Below, piece by piece: positions 1-10,100 of a DNA stretch of 59,486 bases. Positions within the stretch are counted from its first letter, which is position 1; each line of letters starts with the position of its first letter. Below the pieces are notes generated by a model. It was not told the DNA's origin. It saw nothing but the letters and a program-made list of their open reading frames with translations, and did no database searches. The translations under genes and the position numbers were made by a program. Origin of the DNA: Candidatus Poseidoniales archaeon (GTDB taxonomy: Archaea; Thermoplasmatota; Poseidoniia; Poseidoniales; Poseidoniaceae); assembly GCA_003602535.1 (NCBI GenBank), contig QQSA01000075.1:3853-63338 (forward strand), read 5' to 3'.

Positions 1-1
1 T

Positions 2-409
2 ATGGTAGAGCGTGAGCAAGTCGACTTAACTAAGAATTTTCTTCTTTCATTGATGGAAGAACAACTTGATATTCAACAACATGTAATGGTTGATGTTTCC
101 AATAAACCAATCGTTCACAACGGTGACACATTGCGCCATATGGCTGCAAGGATCGTCGAAGAAGCTACTACTGTTTCTCCCAAAGGATTAGCAGAAGATG
201 TTTTGTCTCGTGCAGGGATTGATAACCATCTGCCTGCGGAACCTCAAATTAAATCCGGTCATCTAAAGCACGTCGGAAAGAGGGCTAAAAAAATAGCCAG
301 AAACGAAAGGAAAGTCAAGACAAGGCGTGCAGTTAGAAGGGCCCGCTCACGGCCTGCTGTTGGTAGAGAATTCGCTCCAAGGAAACGAGCAAGAAAAATT
401 GCTCGTTGA
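2..409 (+). CDS. Hypothetical protein, probably the C-terminal part (cut by the window edge), with a very Lys/Arg-rich tail
   Basis: ORF open from the window start to TGA at 409; basic tail KRAKKIARNERKVKTRRAVRRARSR; no family recognised. Confidence 0.6.
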   Translation: MVEREQVDLTKNFLLSLMEEQLDIQQHVMVDVSNKPIVHNGDTLRHMAARIVEEATTVSPKGLAEDVLSRAGIDNHLPAEPQIKSGHLKHVGKRAKKIARNERKVKTRRAVRRARSRPAVGREFAPRKRARKIAR

Positions 410-459
410 AACCGAACACAAAAAAGCAAAACCATCCCCGCCTTACACAGTGATGTGTT

Positions 460-1653
460 ATGGACATAGCAAATCCTAGCGATGAGCACCAAATGCTACG
501 TGAAATGGTTCGCGATTTCGTCACTGAAAACGTAGAACCTCAAGCATTAGAATATGACCGTGATGAAAAATTCAATTTGGAACTCTTAAGATCTCTAGGT
601 GATTTAGGTCTACTTGGAATTACAGCAAGTGAAGAGTACGGAGGTGCTGGTTTGGATGCAGTAGCTACCGTAATCGTTCATGAAGAACTTTCTGCAAGCG
701 ATCCAGGATTTGCTCTTGCTTACCTAGCACATTCTATGTTATTTGTAAATAATCTTGAATTCAATGGGAATGATTCACAACGTGCTCGAATTTTGCCTAA
801 AGTTTGCTCAGGAGAATGGATTGGCGCAATGGCAATGAGTGAACCAGATGCAGGAACTGATGTACTTGGACTGACAACTACTGCAGAATTACGAGATGAT
901 GGATCATGGGTAATAAATGGCCGTAAAATGTGGATTACAAACGGATGTCTCGATGATGATGGGACTCCCGCAGATGTTGTTTGGGTTTATGCGAAAACCG
1001 GGGTTGATGAAAGAGGGAAAGCACAAATTTCCACTTTCCTTGTCGAGAATGGACATGCAGGTTACAGCGTCGGTCAGAAAATAATGGATAAGACCGGAAT
1101 GAGGGCATCAAATACCGCTGAATTAGTGTTCGAGGATTGTGTTGTCCCTGGTGATAATTTGGTTGGAGAAGTTGGCGATTCCATGATTCATATGATGAGA
1201 AATCTCGAACTAGAGAGACTAACCCTTGCTGCTATGTCTTTGGGAATTGCAAGAAGGTCACTTCATGAGATGAACAAATATGCCACAGACCGGACAGCAT
1301 TCGGAAATCAGATCAGGAATTTTGGGCAGATGCAAAGATACATTGGAGAATCATGGGCAAAGTACAGGGCAATGCGCTCTTACATTTACGATACAGCCAA
1401 TAACATGGGTCTTGGAAATGCTGGTCAAAGACTTGACTCTGATGGAGTCAAACTATTCGCGACTACAGCAGCGAAGGAAATTGCTGATGCTGCTATACAA
1501 GTCATGGGTGGATACGGATATGTCGCAGAGTATGTAGTTGAAAGGTTGTGGAGAGATTCCAAACTTTTAGAAATTGGTGGCGGAACTATCGAGTCGCATC
1601 AAAAGAACATCACAAGGGATTTGTCAAAAACCCCTGAAGTGATTAACGATTAA
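460..1653 (+). CDS. Acyl-CoA dehydrogenase (isovaleryl-CoA dehydrogenase-like)
   Basis: Motifs AMSEPDAGTDV, NGRKMWITNG, KTGMRASNTAELVFED, QVMGGYGY, RLWRDSKLLEIGGGT. Confidence 0.93.
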   Translation: MDIANPSDEHQMLREMVRDFVTENVEPQALEYDRDEKFNLELLRSLGDLGLLGITASEEYGGAGLDAVATVIVHEELSASDPGFALAYLAHSMLFVNNLEFNGNDSQRARILPKVCSGEWIGAMAMSEPDAGTDVLGLTTTAELRDDGSWVINGRKMWITNGCLDDDGTPADVVWVYAKTGVDERGKAQISTFLVENGHAGYSVGQKIMDKTGMRASNTAELVFEDCVVPGDNLVGEVGDSMIHMMRNLELERLTLAAMSLGIARRSLHEMNKYATDRTAFGNQIRNFGQMQRYIGESWAKYRAMRSYIYDTANNMGLGNAGQRLDSDGVKLFATTAAKEIADAAIQVMGGYGYVAEYVVERLWRDSKLLEIGGGTIESHQKNITRDLSKTPEVIND

Positions 1654-1712
1654 TTTTGGTATTTGTACCGGAATCTAATAGTACTTAGCGATTAGTCGAT
1701 GTACTGATATTC

Positions 1713-2642
1713 ATGGACGCTGATACAAAAATCAAAGCTGGTTGGATAACATTTGCCGCAGCAGTTGTATTTACGATTTTGATTTTTGGTGTTATGGATC
1801 CTGATCAAGATGCAGTGGACAAGTGCGAAGATGAACTAGACGAAAATGGTGAATCTACTAGTCGTTGTCAAGATGTACTTGATGATGATGAGACATTAAA
1901 CGGCCTGATGGCTGTATTTTGCTGCATACCTACTGTAGGAGCCGCAGTATTATTGGGGCTTGGATATAATTCTAAAAACCAGATGACAACAACAATAATT
2001 CACGCACCTGCGCCGATTATACAAAATCCTGCATATATGATGCCAGCTCAGCCAACATATGCTCCTCCAGTTGTTCATCACCCGACACAATCTGAATTGG
2101 ATGCACAAATGAATATGCAGCGTATGCAAAATGTTGAGTTATTGCGTGCCGAAGGTCGTCTGATGGAAGCAGCATTGGAAGCAGAGCAAGCTGGTGAGTA
2201 TTCTTTGGCGGGTGAACTACGATCACTTGCTGAACAACAACTCAGAGATAGTCACGCTCCCAAATCGAATAATGAAGATGTGTATCTAGCATTTTTGACT
2301 ACTGCATTAGCTGATGGTTTCTTGTCAAAAGAAGAAGAAAACCTTCTCGAAGTGCAGAGGAATAAATTGGGTGTTAGTTGGGATGTTCACGTTAGTATGT
2401 TGGCGACAGCAGGTTATTCTCATGAAAAGCTGAAGTTGTTGCAAAATGCAAAAACTATGGAAGACAGTGGCCGTTTCCTTGAATCGGCAACTTTGTATGA
2501 ATCTGCAGGCAACTTGGATAAAGCCCAGATGCTACGAATGAAAGCTTCAATGTTAGATAACCAACCTTCTAGCGTGACATACAATATATCTGATTCAGCA
2601 GTTGGCGGTAATATTGGGTTGGGCAATGACAGCAACCAATGA
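1713..2642 (+). CDS. Hypothetical membrane protein (2 TM helices, Pro/Gln linker, TPR-like modules, TerB-like segment)
   Basis: 309-aa ORF with two hydrophobic N-terminal helices; ALADGFLSKEEENLL..RNKLG segment; two similar helical modules. Confidence 0.7.
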   Translation: MDADTKIKAGWITFAAAVVFTILIFGVMDPDQDAVDKCEDELDENGESTSRCQDVLDDDETLNGLMAVFCCIPTVGAAVLLGLGYNSKNQMTTTIIHAPAPIIQNPAYMMPAQPTYAPPVVHHPTQSELDAQMNMQRMQNVELLRAEGRLMEAALEAEQAGEYSLAGELRSLAEQQLRDSHAPKSNNEDVYLAFLTTALADGFLSKEEENLLEVQRNKLGVSWDVHVSMLATAGYSHEKLKLLQNAKTMEDSGRFLESATLYESAGNLDKAQMLRMKASMLDNQPSSVTYNISDSAVGGNIGLGNDSNQ

Positions 2643-2680
2643 TACTAGGAATTAAAATACTTGATTTTTGTGCAAATTCC

Positions 2681-3337
2681 ATGCAACATCCGAACAATCA
2701 ATTTGTTGATGAGTTGGTTCGGCAGTTGAGATATGTGACCGGAGTTCTTGTTGCACCTGGAATACCTCAAAAAAAATTAACCAATGCAATTACGAAGAAC
2801 AGTTATGTTGGAACAGATCCAGTTGTTGGGTTGATTGATTGTACAGTGTTTGGTTCTGCTAAAGATCATATTATGTTCACCGCTGGTGGAATTTATTGGA
2901 ATCATCTTGCATCGACCCCGACTTCGGGATCTATTAGATATACAGATTTTAGTCAATGTTACTTCAAATCTGCAGGACTAATGTCTGGTATTGATTCTAG
3001 TAGGGGTGATAATATCAGTACATCTGGATCTAACACTCCTAAAAAAGATGTAATAAATTTGCTGAATTCAATAAAAAATCTAGCAGCATCTCATGGAATT
3101 GGAACTGTTCAACAACAAAATATGCAAGTCAATAATTGGAATAGTCACTCATCAAATTCATATATCCAAGAGCAACCACAACCTAAGAGTAAATCAGAAC
3201 TTCTCGCATTAGCTCATAATATGAGCCAAGCAAAAAATTGGGATGCTGCAATTAAAGCGTATGAAGATGCAGGAGAATACCGAATGGCAGGACTAGTCCG
3301 TGATCAAAAAGCACAATGGAATCGCAATCACAATTGA
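2681..3337 (+). CDS. Hypothetical protein with a C-terminal TPR-like module
   Basis: ORF 2639-3337; the start could be 2639 (overlapping the upstream stop) or ATG 2681; DCTVFGSAKDHIMFT..GIYW globular domain and Gln/Asn linker. Confidence 0.65.
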   Translation: MQHPNNQFVDELVRQLRYVTGVLVAPGIPQKKLTNAITKNSYVGTDPVVGLIDCTVFGSAKDHIMFTAGGIYWNHLASTPTSGSIRYTDFSQCYFKSAGLMSGIDSSRGDNISTSGSNTPKKDVINLLNSIKNLAASHGIGTVQQQNMQVNNWNSHSSNSYIQEQPQPKSKSELLALAHNMSQAKNWDAAIKAYEDAGEYRMAGLVRDQKAQWNRNHN

Positions 3338-3350
3338 TTGAATAATTGTT

Positions 3351-5474
3351 TCATGATTGTTGCCAATCAGTTCCATTCCACCATAATGTGGTTCCATTAT
3401 CCATGGATCTCCATGTATTGCCATTTTCATCAGTCCATTGTTGAACAACGGTAGGTTCAGCGACAGGTTCTGTGTATGGTATTGTCAAATCACTTTGTGG
3501 AATAGACACTTGAGCTTCAGTATGAGTTGCCTGGAATGGCTTGAACTGGCCCGGCATTAATTGCTGGTCGAAATTTTTAGCAGGTTCAATAATCGAATCA
3601 GTATTTTTTTGCCTGATAACAAATACCGCAACACCTGCAATCAACAGAAGCAAAATTATCGAGGTAATCAAGATCCAATTGCTACCTTCATCATCGTCTT
3701 CTTTCTCAGCAGCCGCTTTTTCTGCAGCGAGTTGTTCGTTATCGCCAACTCCATCTCCGTCACTATCTTTTGTTTCGTCTGGATCATCAGGGAATGCATC
3801 TGCGTTGTCACCAACAGTGTCGCCATCAGAATCCAATGTTTCATTTGCATCATTAGGGAATACATCTGCATTGTCTCCAACACCGTCCATATCGGAGTCT
3901 ACAGTTTCGTTTGGATCGTTAGGGAATACATCTGCATTGTCACCGACATTGTCGTCATCAGAGTCCATAGTTTCGTTTGGATCGTTAGGGAATGCATCAG
4001 AATTGTCTCCTACATTGTCACCATCAGAGTCTACAGTTTCGTTTGCATCATTAGGGAATGCATCTGCATTGTCTCCTACAGTGTCGCCATCAGAATCCAT
4101 TGTTTCGTTTGCATCGTTAGGGAATGCATCAGAGTTATCTCCAACTCCATCCATGTCGGAGTCTACAGTTTCGCTTGCATCGTTAGGGAATGCATCTGCG
4201 TTGTCACCAACAGTGTCGCCATCAGAATCCAATGTTTCATTTGCATCATTGGGGAATACATCTGCATTGTCTCCAACTCCGTCCATATCGGAGTCTACAG
4301 TTTCGCTTGAATCGTTAGGGAATGCGTCTGCATTATCACCAACAGTGTCGCCATCCGAATCCATTGTTTCATTTGCATCATTAGGGAATGCATCAGAATT
4401 GTCTCCGACATTGTCACCATCAGAATCCATTGTTTCTGTTGGGTCATTAGGGAATGCATCTGCATTGTCTCCGACAGTGTCGCCATCAGAATCCATTGTT
4501 TCTGTAGGATCATTAGGGAATGCATCTGCATTGTCACCGACATTGTCTCCATCAGAATCCATAGTCTCATTTGGATCATTAGGGAATGCATCTGCATTAT
4601 CTCCAACACCGTCTGAATCAGAATCAGTGTCCTCGTTAGGGTCGCTAGGGAATGCATCATCCCCATCTAATGTTCCATCACCATCGCTATCAATATCGAT
4701 AATATCTGCAGAATCAATACTTTCGACAGTAGCTCCAAATTCAGTACCGTCGTGAGGAGTTACCTTAACTGTCCATTCTTCACCAACTGATGTTGATGAT
4801 GAAGGAATTGTTGAAACATCATTGAAGGAGGATCTTACAACTCCATTAACGTACCATCGAATCTGAGTAGTTCCTTCAGGGTCACTATCATCATCAGAGT
4901 AGGTATATGATAGTGTCAAGGACTGGTCGACTTCTACATTTCCACTAGGTGTGATCATGACATTCGAGGCAACAGGAGGTGTATTTGTTGGGGGTGCTGC
5001 ACCTTCTGGTACAGTCCAAGAGTTGGTCCCCCAGTTGTCATTACTGTTCATATTGTTACCATTTGCATATAACACTGCTAAATCGAATGTAACATCTCCA
5101 GTTCCTACTGCAGGTGCAGTCCAATCAGCAGTCCATGAACGCTGACCATCATTACTATGTGTTAATTCGCCACTAGATGCCTTAACTCGATTTCCTAAAT
5201 TCGACCATGTTCCACTAGATGAATCAAGATTGAAACCACCTTGTCCACTGGATGACATTCCGCTACCTGACCACGTAAGTGAGTATGTGGTGCCAGGGGT
5301 ATATGATGATGGTAATCCATTCATCGTAGGCATGATCATTGCATCTGTATTGTGGCAGCCACAACCTGATGTAGTTGACCCAGTTTTTCCTGATGAATTA
5401 GCATCAGCAAGATTTAATCCCGAAACAGCGATTAACAAAATACTAATCAGAAATGCACGCAAAACAGGTGACAT
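3351..5474 (-). CDS. Cell-surface protein: signal peptide, Reeler/choice-of-anchor-V-like domain, Ig-like domain, 14 thrombospondin type-3-like Ca-binding repeats, TM helix, Trp-rich tail
   Basis: Hydrophobic N-terminus; GCGCH..GGFNL..WTAP..GDVTF; DSDGDxVGDNADAFPND repeats; TM WILITSIILLLLIAGVAVFVIRQK. Confidence 0.85.
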   Translation of the reverse strand: MSPVLRAFLISILLIAVSGLNLADANSSGKTGSTTSGCGCHNTDAMIMPTMNGLPSSYTPGTTYSLTWSGSGMSSSGQGGFNLDSSSGTWSNLGNRVKASSGELTHSNDGQRSWTADWTAPAVGTGDVTFDLAVLYANGNNMNSNDNWGTNSWTVPEGAAPPTNTPPVASNVMITPSGNVEVDQSLTLSYTYSDDDSDPEGTTQIRWYVNGVVRSSFNDVSTIPSSSTSVGEEWTVKVTPHDGTEFGATVESIDSADIIDIDSDGDGTLDGDDAFPSDPNEDTDSDSDGVGDNADAFPNDPNETMDSDGDNVGDNADAFPNDPTETMDSDGDTVGDNADAFPNDPTETMDSDGDNVGDNSDAFPNDANETMDSDGDTVGDNADAFPNDSSETVDSDMDGVGDNADVFPNDANETLDSDGDTVGDNADAFPNDASETVDSDMDGVGDNSDAFPNDANETMDSDGDTVGDNADAFPNDANETVDSDGDNVGDNSDAFPNDPNETMDSDDDNVGDNADVFPNDPNETVDSDMDGVGDNADVFPNDANETLDSDGDTVGDNADAFPDDPDETKDSDGDGVGDNEQLAAEKAAAEKEDDDEGSNWILITSIILLLLIAGVAVFVIRQKNTDSIIEPAKNFDQQLMPGQFKPFQATHTEAQVSIPQSDLTIPYTEPVAEPTVVQQWTDENGNTWRSMDNGTTLWWNGTDWQQS
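3745..4690 (-). repeat. Coding tandem repeat: 14 full units of 66 bp (22 aa) plus one partial unit
   Basis: gggaat(g/a)c core recurs every 66 bp from about 3789 to about 4647. Confidence 0.92.
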
Positions 5475-5559
5475 AACTTCTCGTCACCAAAATTCTCTTT
5501 TCACTATTGTGGTACGCAGATTTAACAAAACACTAATCTGAACCAAAAATGATGGGGGA

Positions 5560-5632
5560 TAGTCCTGGTCGGAATCGAACCGACGTCCCCGGGACCAAAA
5601 CCCGAGATGATGGACCACTACACTACAGGACT
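5560..5632 (-). tRNA. tRNA-Gln(TTG), intronless, CCA not encoded
   Basis: Reverse complement folds as a cloverleaf: AGTCCTG/CAGGACT acceptor, TCGGG-TT TTG GT-CCCGG anticodon arm, GTCGG-TTCGATT-CCGAC T arm; A1-U72 is typical of archaeal tRNA-Gln. Confidence 0.95.
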
Positions 5633-5655
5633 GTGGTATTCGGGCCGTACCCAAT

Positions 5656-6105
5656 TCACTTCAAGTGCGTTTCGCCTATAACTTCTCTTGCAGAAGCGAT
5701 AAATTCAGACAAATCTAGGCCCTGTGAATCTTCGTAGATTCGGGCCATTAAGGCCATGTCTAACTTGTCCAGATACTTCACAAACTTAGCTTCAGGCGTG
5801 TTGCCAGCCTCATACTCCTCGAATAACGCCAACCATTGCGGAGCTAATCTTTCCATGGCAGCATGTTCATCTTCACTTTTGGTGCTTGTATCATCATGTG
5901 GTGTGAGGTCTCCGACTTCAACTTCAGGAAGGTCGTGGACCAAGCACATTTCCAAAACTCTCATTTTGTCAAGTTCATCTGGACACAAATGCATTGCTAG
6001 AATCGACATACCCCATGAATGGGCAGCAACACTCTCAGGAGATTCTACGCCAGCTCTTACCCAGCCAGTTCGCATTACATGCTTTAGGTGAAGCCATTCA
6101 CGCAT
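5656..6105 (-). CDS. HD-domain 5'-deoxynucleotidase-like protein (HDDC2/YfbR family)
   Basis: LKHVMRTGW, ESVAAHSW, LVHDLPE, GDLTP, EAKFVKYLDKLD. Confidence 0.88.
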   Translation of the reverse strand: MREWLHLKHVMRTGWVRAGVESPESVAAHSWGMSILAMHLCPDELDKMRVLEMCLVHDLPEVEVGDLTPHDDTSTKSEDEHAAMERLAPQWLALFEEYEAGNTPEAKFVKYLDKLDMALMARIYEDSQGLDLSEFIASAREVIGETHLK

Positions 6106-6198
6106 ACAACCGGTAAGTCGACTTTACATTAGAACCATCTGCTGATATTTCATAGTTCGAAGCCAATTATGATGAATGGGGAACTATTCGGGTTGGTT

Positions 6199-7050
6199 AT
6201 GAGCATCTCGAAAATGGCTGTTCTCGGCGCAGGGCAAATGGGAAATGGAATAACTCAAGTAGCAGCTTGCGCTGGAATTGAAGTTGTAATGATCGATATT
6301 AAACAGGAATTTGTTGATAAGGGAATTGCTACAATAGAAAAGTCTCTTGCCAAACTCGTTTCCAAAGAGAGAATGACTCAGATTGATGCAGATTCTGCAC
6401 GTGCAAGAATCACTACTGCAATTGATAGGTCGGCCTGCAGTGATGTTGACTTAGTTGTTGAAGCGGTCCCTGAAATCTTAGATCTCAAGATTTCAATATT
6501 TGCCGAACTTGATAATATTTGCAAACCTGAATGCATTCTTGCTTCTAACACTTCATCGATTTCAATAAACACGATTGCAGATTCTACCAGTAGACCGGAT
6601 AAGGTAATTGGAATGCATTTCATGAATCCTGTTCCTATCATGAAATTAGTTGAAGTCATAAATGGAAAGAATACTTCTGAAGATGTGACATCAACAGTTC
6701 TGGATGCAGCTGAAAAAATGGGTAAGATTCCTTTGATGTGTAATGATTCACCTGGTTTCGTTTCCAATAGAATTCTGTGTCCGATGATTAATGAAGCAAT
6801 TTTAACTCTTCAAGAAGGAGTAGCAGAACCTGAAGCAATTGATGGAATTATGAAACTAGGAATGAATCACCCTATCGGCCCATTAGCTCTTTCCGATCTT
6901 ATTGGTAACGATACAGTATTGCATATCATGAATGTACTCCACGAAGGTTTAGCAGATGACAAATATGCACCTGCTCCACTGCTAATAGAAATGGTTGAGG
7001 CTGGTAAACTAGGCCGAAAATCGGGTAAAGGTTTCTACGATTATTCATAG
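6199..7050 (+). CDS. hbd: 3-hydroxybutyryl-CoA / 3-hydroxyacyl-CoA dehydrogenase
   Basis: GAGQMGNGI Rossmann motif, [34 protein letters not shown]. Confidence 0.93.
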   Translation: MSISKMAVLGAGQMGNGITQVAACAGIEVVMIDIKQEFVDKGIATIEKSLAKLVSKERMTQIDADSARARITTAIDRSACSDVDLVVEAVPEILDLKISIFAELDNICKPECILASNTSSISINTIADSTSRPDKVIGMHFMNPVPIMKLVEVINGKNTSEDVTSTVLDAAEKMGKIPLMCNDSPGFVSNRILCPMINEAILTLQEGVAEPEAIDGIMKLGMNHPIGPLALSDLIGNDTVLHIMNVLHEGLADDKYAPAPLLIEMVEAGKLGRKSGKGFYDYS

Positions 7051-7060
7051 AACTTTTTTG
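7051..7060 (+). terminator. Oligo-T archaeal-type terminator after hbd
   Basis: AACTTTTTTG immediately after the TAG. Confidence 0.35.
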
Positions 7061-7106
7061 TGCAGTCTTGCCCAAGAGTTTAGTTGAGAAGCGCATTAGC
7101 GTGAAC

Positions 7107-10100
7107 ATGCGGAAGGCTACTTTCCTGTCGATGTTGATGTTGTGCGTGATTTTTTCACCAATTTCGTCGTCATTAGATGGAGACGGCGACGGTATTGATG
7201 ATTCGATAGATATTTGTCCATTCGCTGCTGGTACGGCGAATTCAACTGCAGGATTAGGATGTCCCGATTCAGATGGTGATGGAATTGCAGATTTCGAACA
7301 AGCAGTGATGCAAAATTGGGGCGATTCGATTAGAGAAAATACTGATTATGGTACTGTTGGAAGTGAAGTGTATGGTTTGGCATGGGCGCAAAACAATTCA
7401 ATGTTTTATGCCGGTGGTAAGGATAACGATGTACATATCTTTGATTCACTTGGAAATCATCAAAATCTACTGTATTCGATGCCAGGTGACATCTATGATA
7501 TTGCGGCATCACCAGACGGACAACATCTAGTAGTAGCAAGCGGTAATGGGGGTTGTAGGGTCATCGATTCTACTACTGGTACTTTAGTTGCAGATCTATG
7601 GAATAATACGACCAATAATGGTGTGTTTGAAGTGGCTTGGTCCAATGATGGAAGTAGAATTATTGCAGGTGGATATGATTCAATTGTCAAATGGTTCGAT
7701 ACTAGTAACTGGACTTTAGAACGCGAAATATCAATTCTACCTGGATGGATTAGTGGAATAGACACTACACCTGATGATCGTTTAGTGGTATTTTCATCTA
7801 ACAATCAACTTAGAGCATATTGGTCCAATAATGGTACTCTTGCATTGAATATGACCAATCACACAGACTATATTCGAACTTTATCAATCAGCCCTGATGG
7901 CAGATACATTGCTACAGGTTCTAATGACAATACAATAAAAATTACTGACATTGCCAATCAATCAGTCGTTCAAACTATAGATGCAAGTTCGGATGTTTAC
8001 GATGTTGATTTTTCACCTGATGGTGGAACATTAGTTGCTGCTCGTGGAAGGCAATCCTCAATGTTTGCATATCGTACCGATACATGGACATCCATAGGTG
8101 AAATGGAAGATTTTGGTTCCGGAAATAACAATAGAGGTGTGTATTCAGTATCTTTTGACTCGACTGGAGAAGTACTTGCTGTTGGCTGGCGTAGAGGTTA
8201 CACTTCGATACAAATGTCCCCTGATGCATACATCAGAGTTCATGGAGATCATTATACAGCACTCATGGAGAGCGCTTGGAGATCATCTTACCCTACTACC
8301 GATGAATCTGTTAGAGTTTGGAAACATGATAGAGTCGAAACCAGTTTGGCGGTTTGTGATTCAAAGAAGTACATCGGTTCAAGTACGAATGGAGTATCTC
8401 CACAATATGCTATTAAGGATAGTAATTATTCTGAGAATGGAATGTGGAATTGCAAGAATACTGCAGGGCAAATACTTGAGATTCCTTTCGGTAGGGCGGC
8501 TGGAGCACTGATGGTCAAGTCGGGAGGGCCAACAGAATCCTGCGTGCAATCTATCGGTGGATTATCTATGGCTCAAGTTCGATGGATTACATCTGCTCAA
8601 AGTAAATCAACTCTAACTACTGATGGTGAAATGCCAGGATTGGTTTGGTCATCTGTTGTTCCAAATGATGATTCCAATGGTATTCCGGAGTGGAGGGATT
8701 TAGATCCATCATGTCCTGATAAAGAGATAGTTCTTTCACACCGATGGGAGAATCGAACTGATACTACAATACTGAAAGAAACAGTACTTTGTGCAAACTG
8801 TGCAGAAACCGACTCGTTATACACTTCAACATCTTCTAGATACAGGGCCATTGCTGGCGAATTCAGATCAGACGTGACTCAAGGTGTCGCTGCTTCGGGT
8901 GCTGAAGGTTCCATCGGATTTACTGAACTAATTTATTCGTTGAATAATGGAGCTGGTACATACATAGTCCCATTAGTAGATAATTACACACATGGCGTGG
9001 TTGACGCAATTTCAGATGGTGGTTTGGCAATAAATGCATCATTGAATTCTTCTAAGTCAGGGGATTGGCCACTGCAAACTGACATGCGAGCATTTGTAGC
9101 AACTAGTCAGTTGGCTAAGAATATCGATTTCTTGAAATTCTTGTTAACAGATTTAGGACAATTAAAGTGGGAACAAATGGGATTTGTAGGATTGGGAGTT
9201 TGGGATTTGTATTCATCTTGGGCTAAGTTAGGTGTCAACATGTCCTATCTATTGCCCGATCAGGATTCTGATGGAGTGTGGGATGAGCAAGACAATTGTC
9301 CAGATACTGAACTTGGACTAAATGTCGATGAGGATGGTTGCGCAGATTCGCAACTCGATTCTGATTTAGATGGATTCACAAATGATTTGGATGATTGTAT
9401 TGAGGTTTCAGGAACTTCAACTCTTGGTTCAACAGGCTGCCCTGATACTGATAATGATGGATGGGCTGATGTCAACGATTCACACCCTGGAGATATCAAT
9501 GAATGGAATGATACAGATATGGATAGTTTTGGTGACAATTCAGATGATTGTGTTGATGTTCAAGGTAACTCCACGGAGGACCTAATTGGTTGTGTCGATA
9601 CTGATGGTGATGGCTGGTCAGATTTGGGTGACCATTTCCCAGATAATTCTAGTGAATGGGTCGATTCTGATATGGATGAATACGGTGACAATATAGATGA
9701 ATTCCCCAATGAAAAAACACAATGGATAGATTCTGATGGCGATGGATTTGGAGACAATAAATCAGGTCTGGAAGGGGATGACTGCATCGATGTAAGTGGT
9801 ACCTCACATCAAGAGGGAATTTTCGGATGTATCGATAGTGATTCAGATGGTTGGGCTGACTCAATTGACGATCTTCCCTCGAACCCAAATCAACACAGGG
9901 ATGCAGACGGAGATGGAGTTGGTGATTCAGTAGTTTCAGAATCGTTAGGGTACTATGATTATTGTATTGATACTCCATTAGAAGAAATTTCAGAGGTTGA
10001 TTCAAATGGCTGTGCTCCTTCTCAGGTAGATTCAGATGGCGATGGATTCTTCAATGACATGGACCAATGCCCGGATTCAAAAACATTAATTCAAGTTAAT

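Noticed and set aside
3745..4690. Regular repeats resembling a CRISPR array
   Set aside because: Units are contiguous, degenerate at codon third positions and in frame, with no unique spacers and no cas genes
3541..4755. 404-aa and 249-aa plus-strand ORFs over the repeat array
   Set aside because: Antisense shadows of the Asp-rich 66-bp coding repeat; the minus-strand frame has a signal peptide, domains and a TM helix
1654..5560. Possible integrated element at the tRNA-Gln 3' end
   Set aside because: No integrase and no duplicated tRNA 3' end (att site) was seen; the genes look like ordinary lineage-specific accessory genes
5549..5737. 62-aa ORF
   Set aside because: It is the antisense reading of tRNA-Gln and the end of the HD gene
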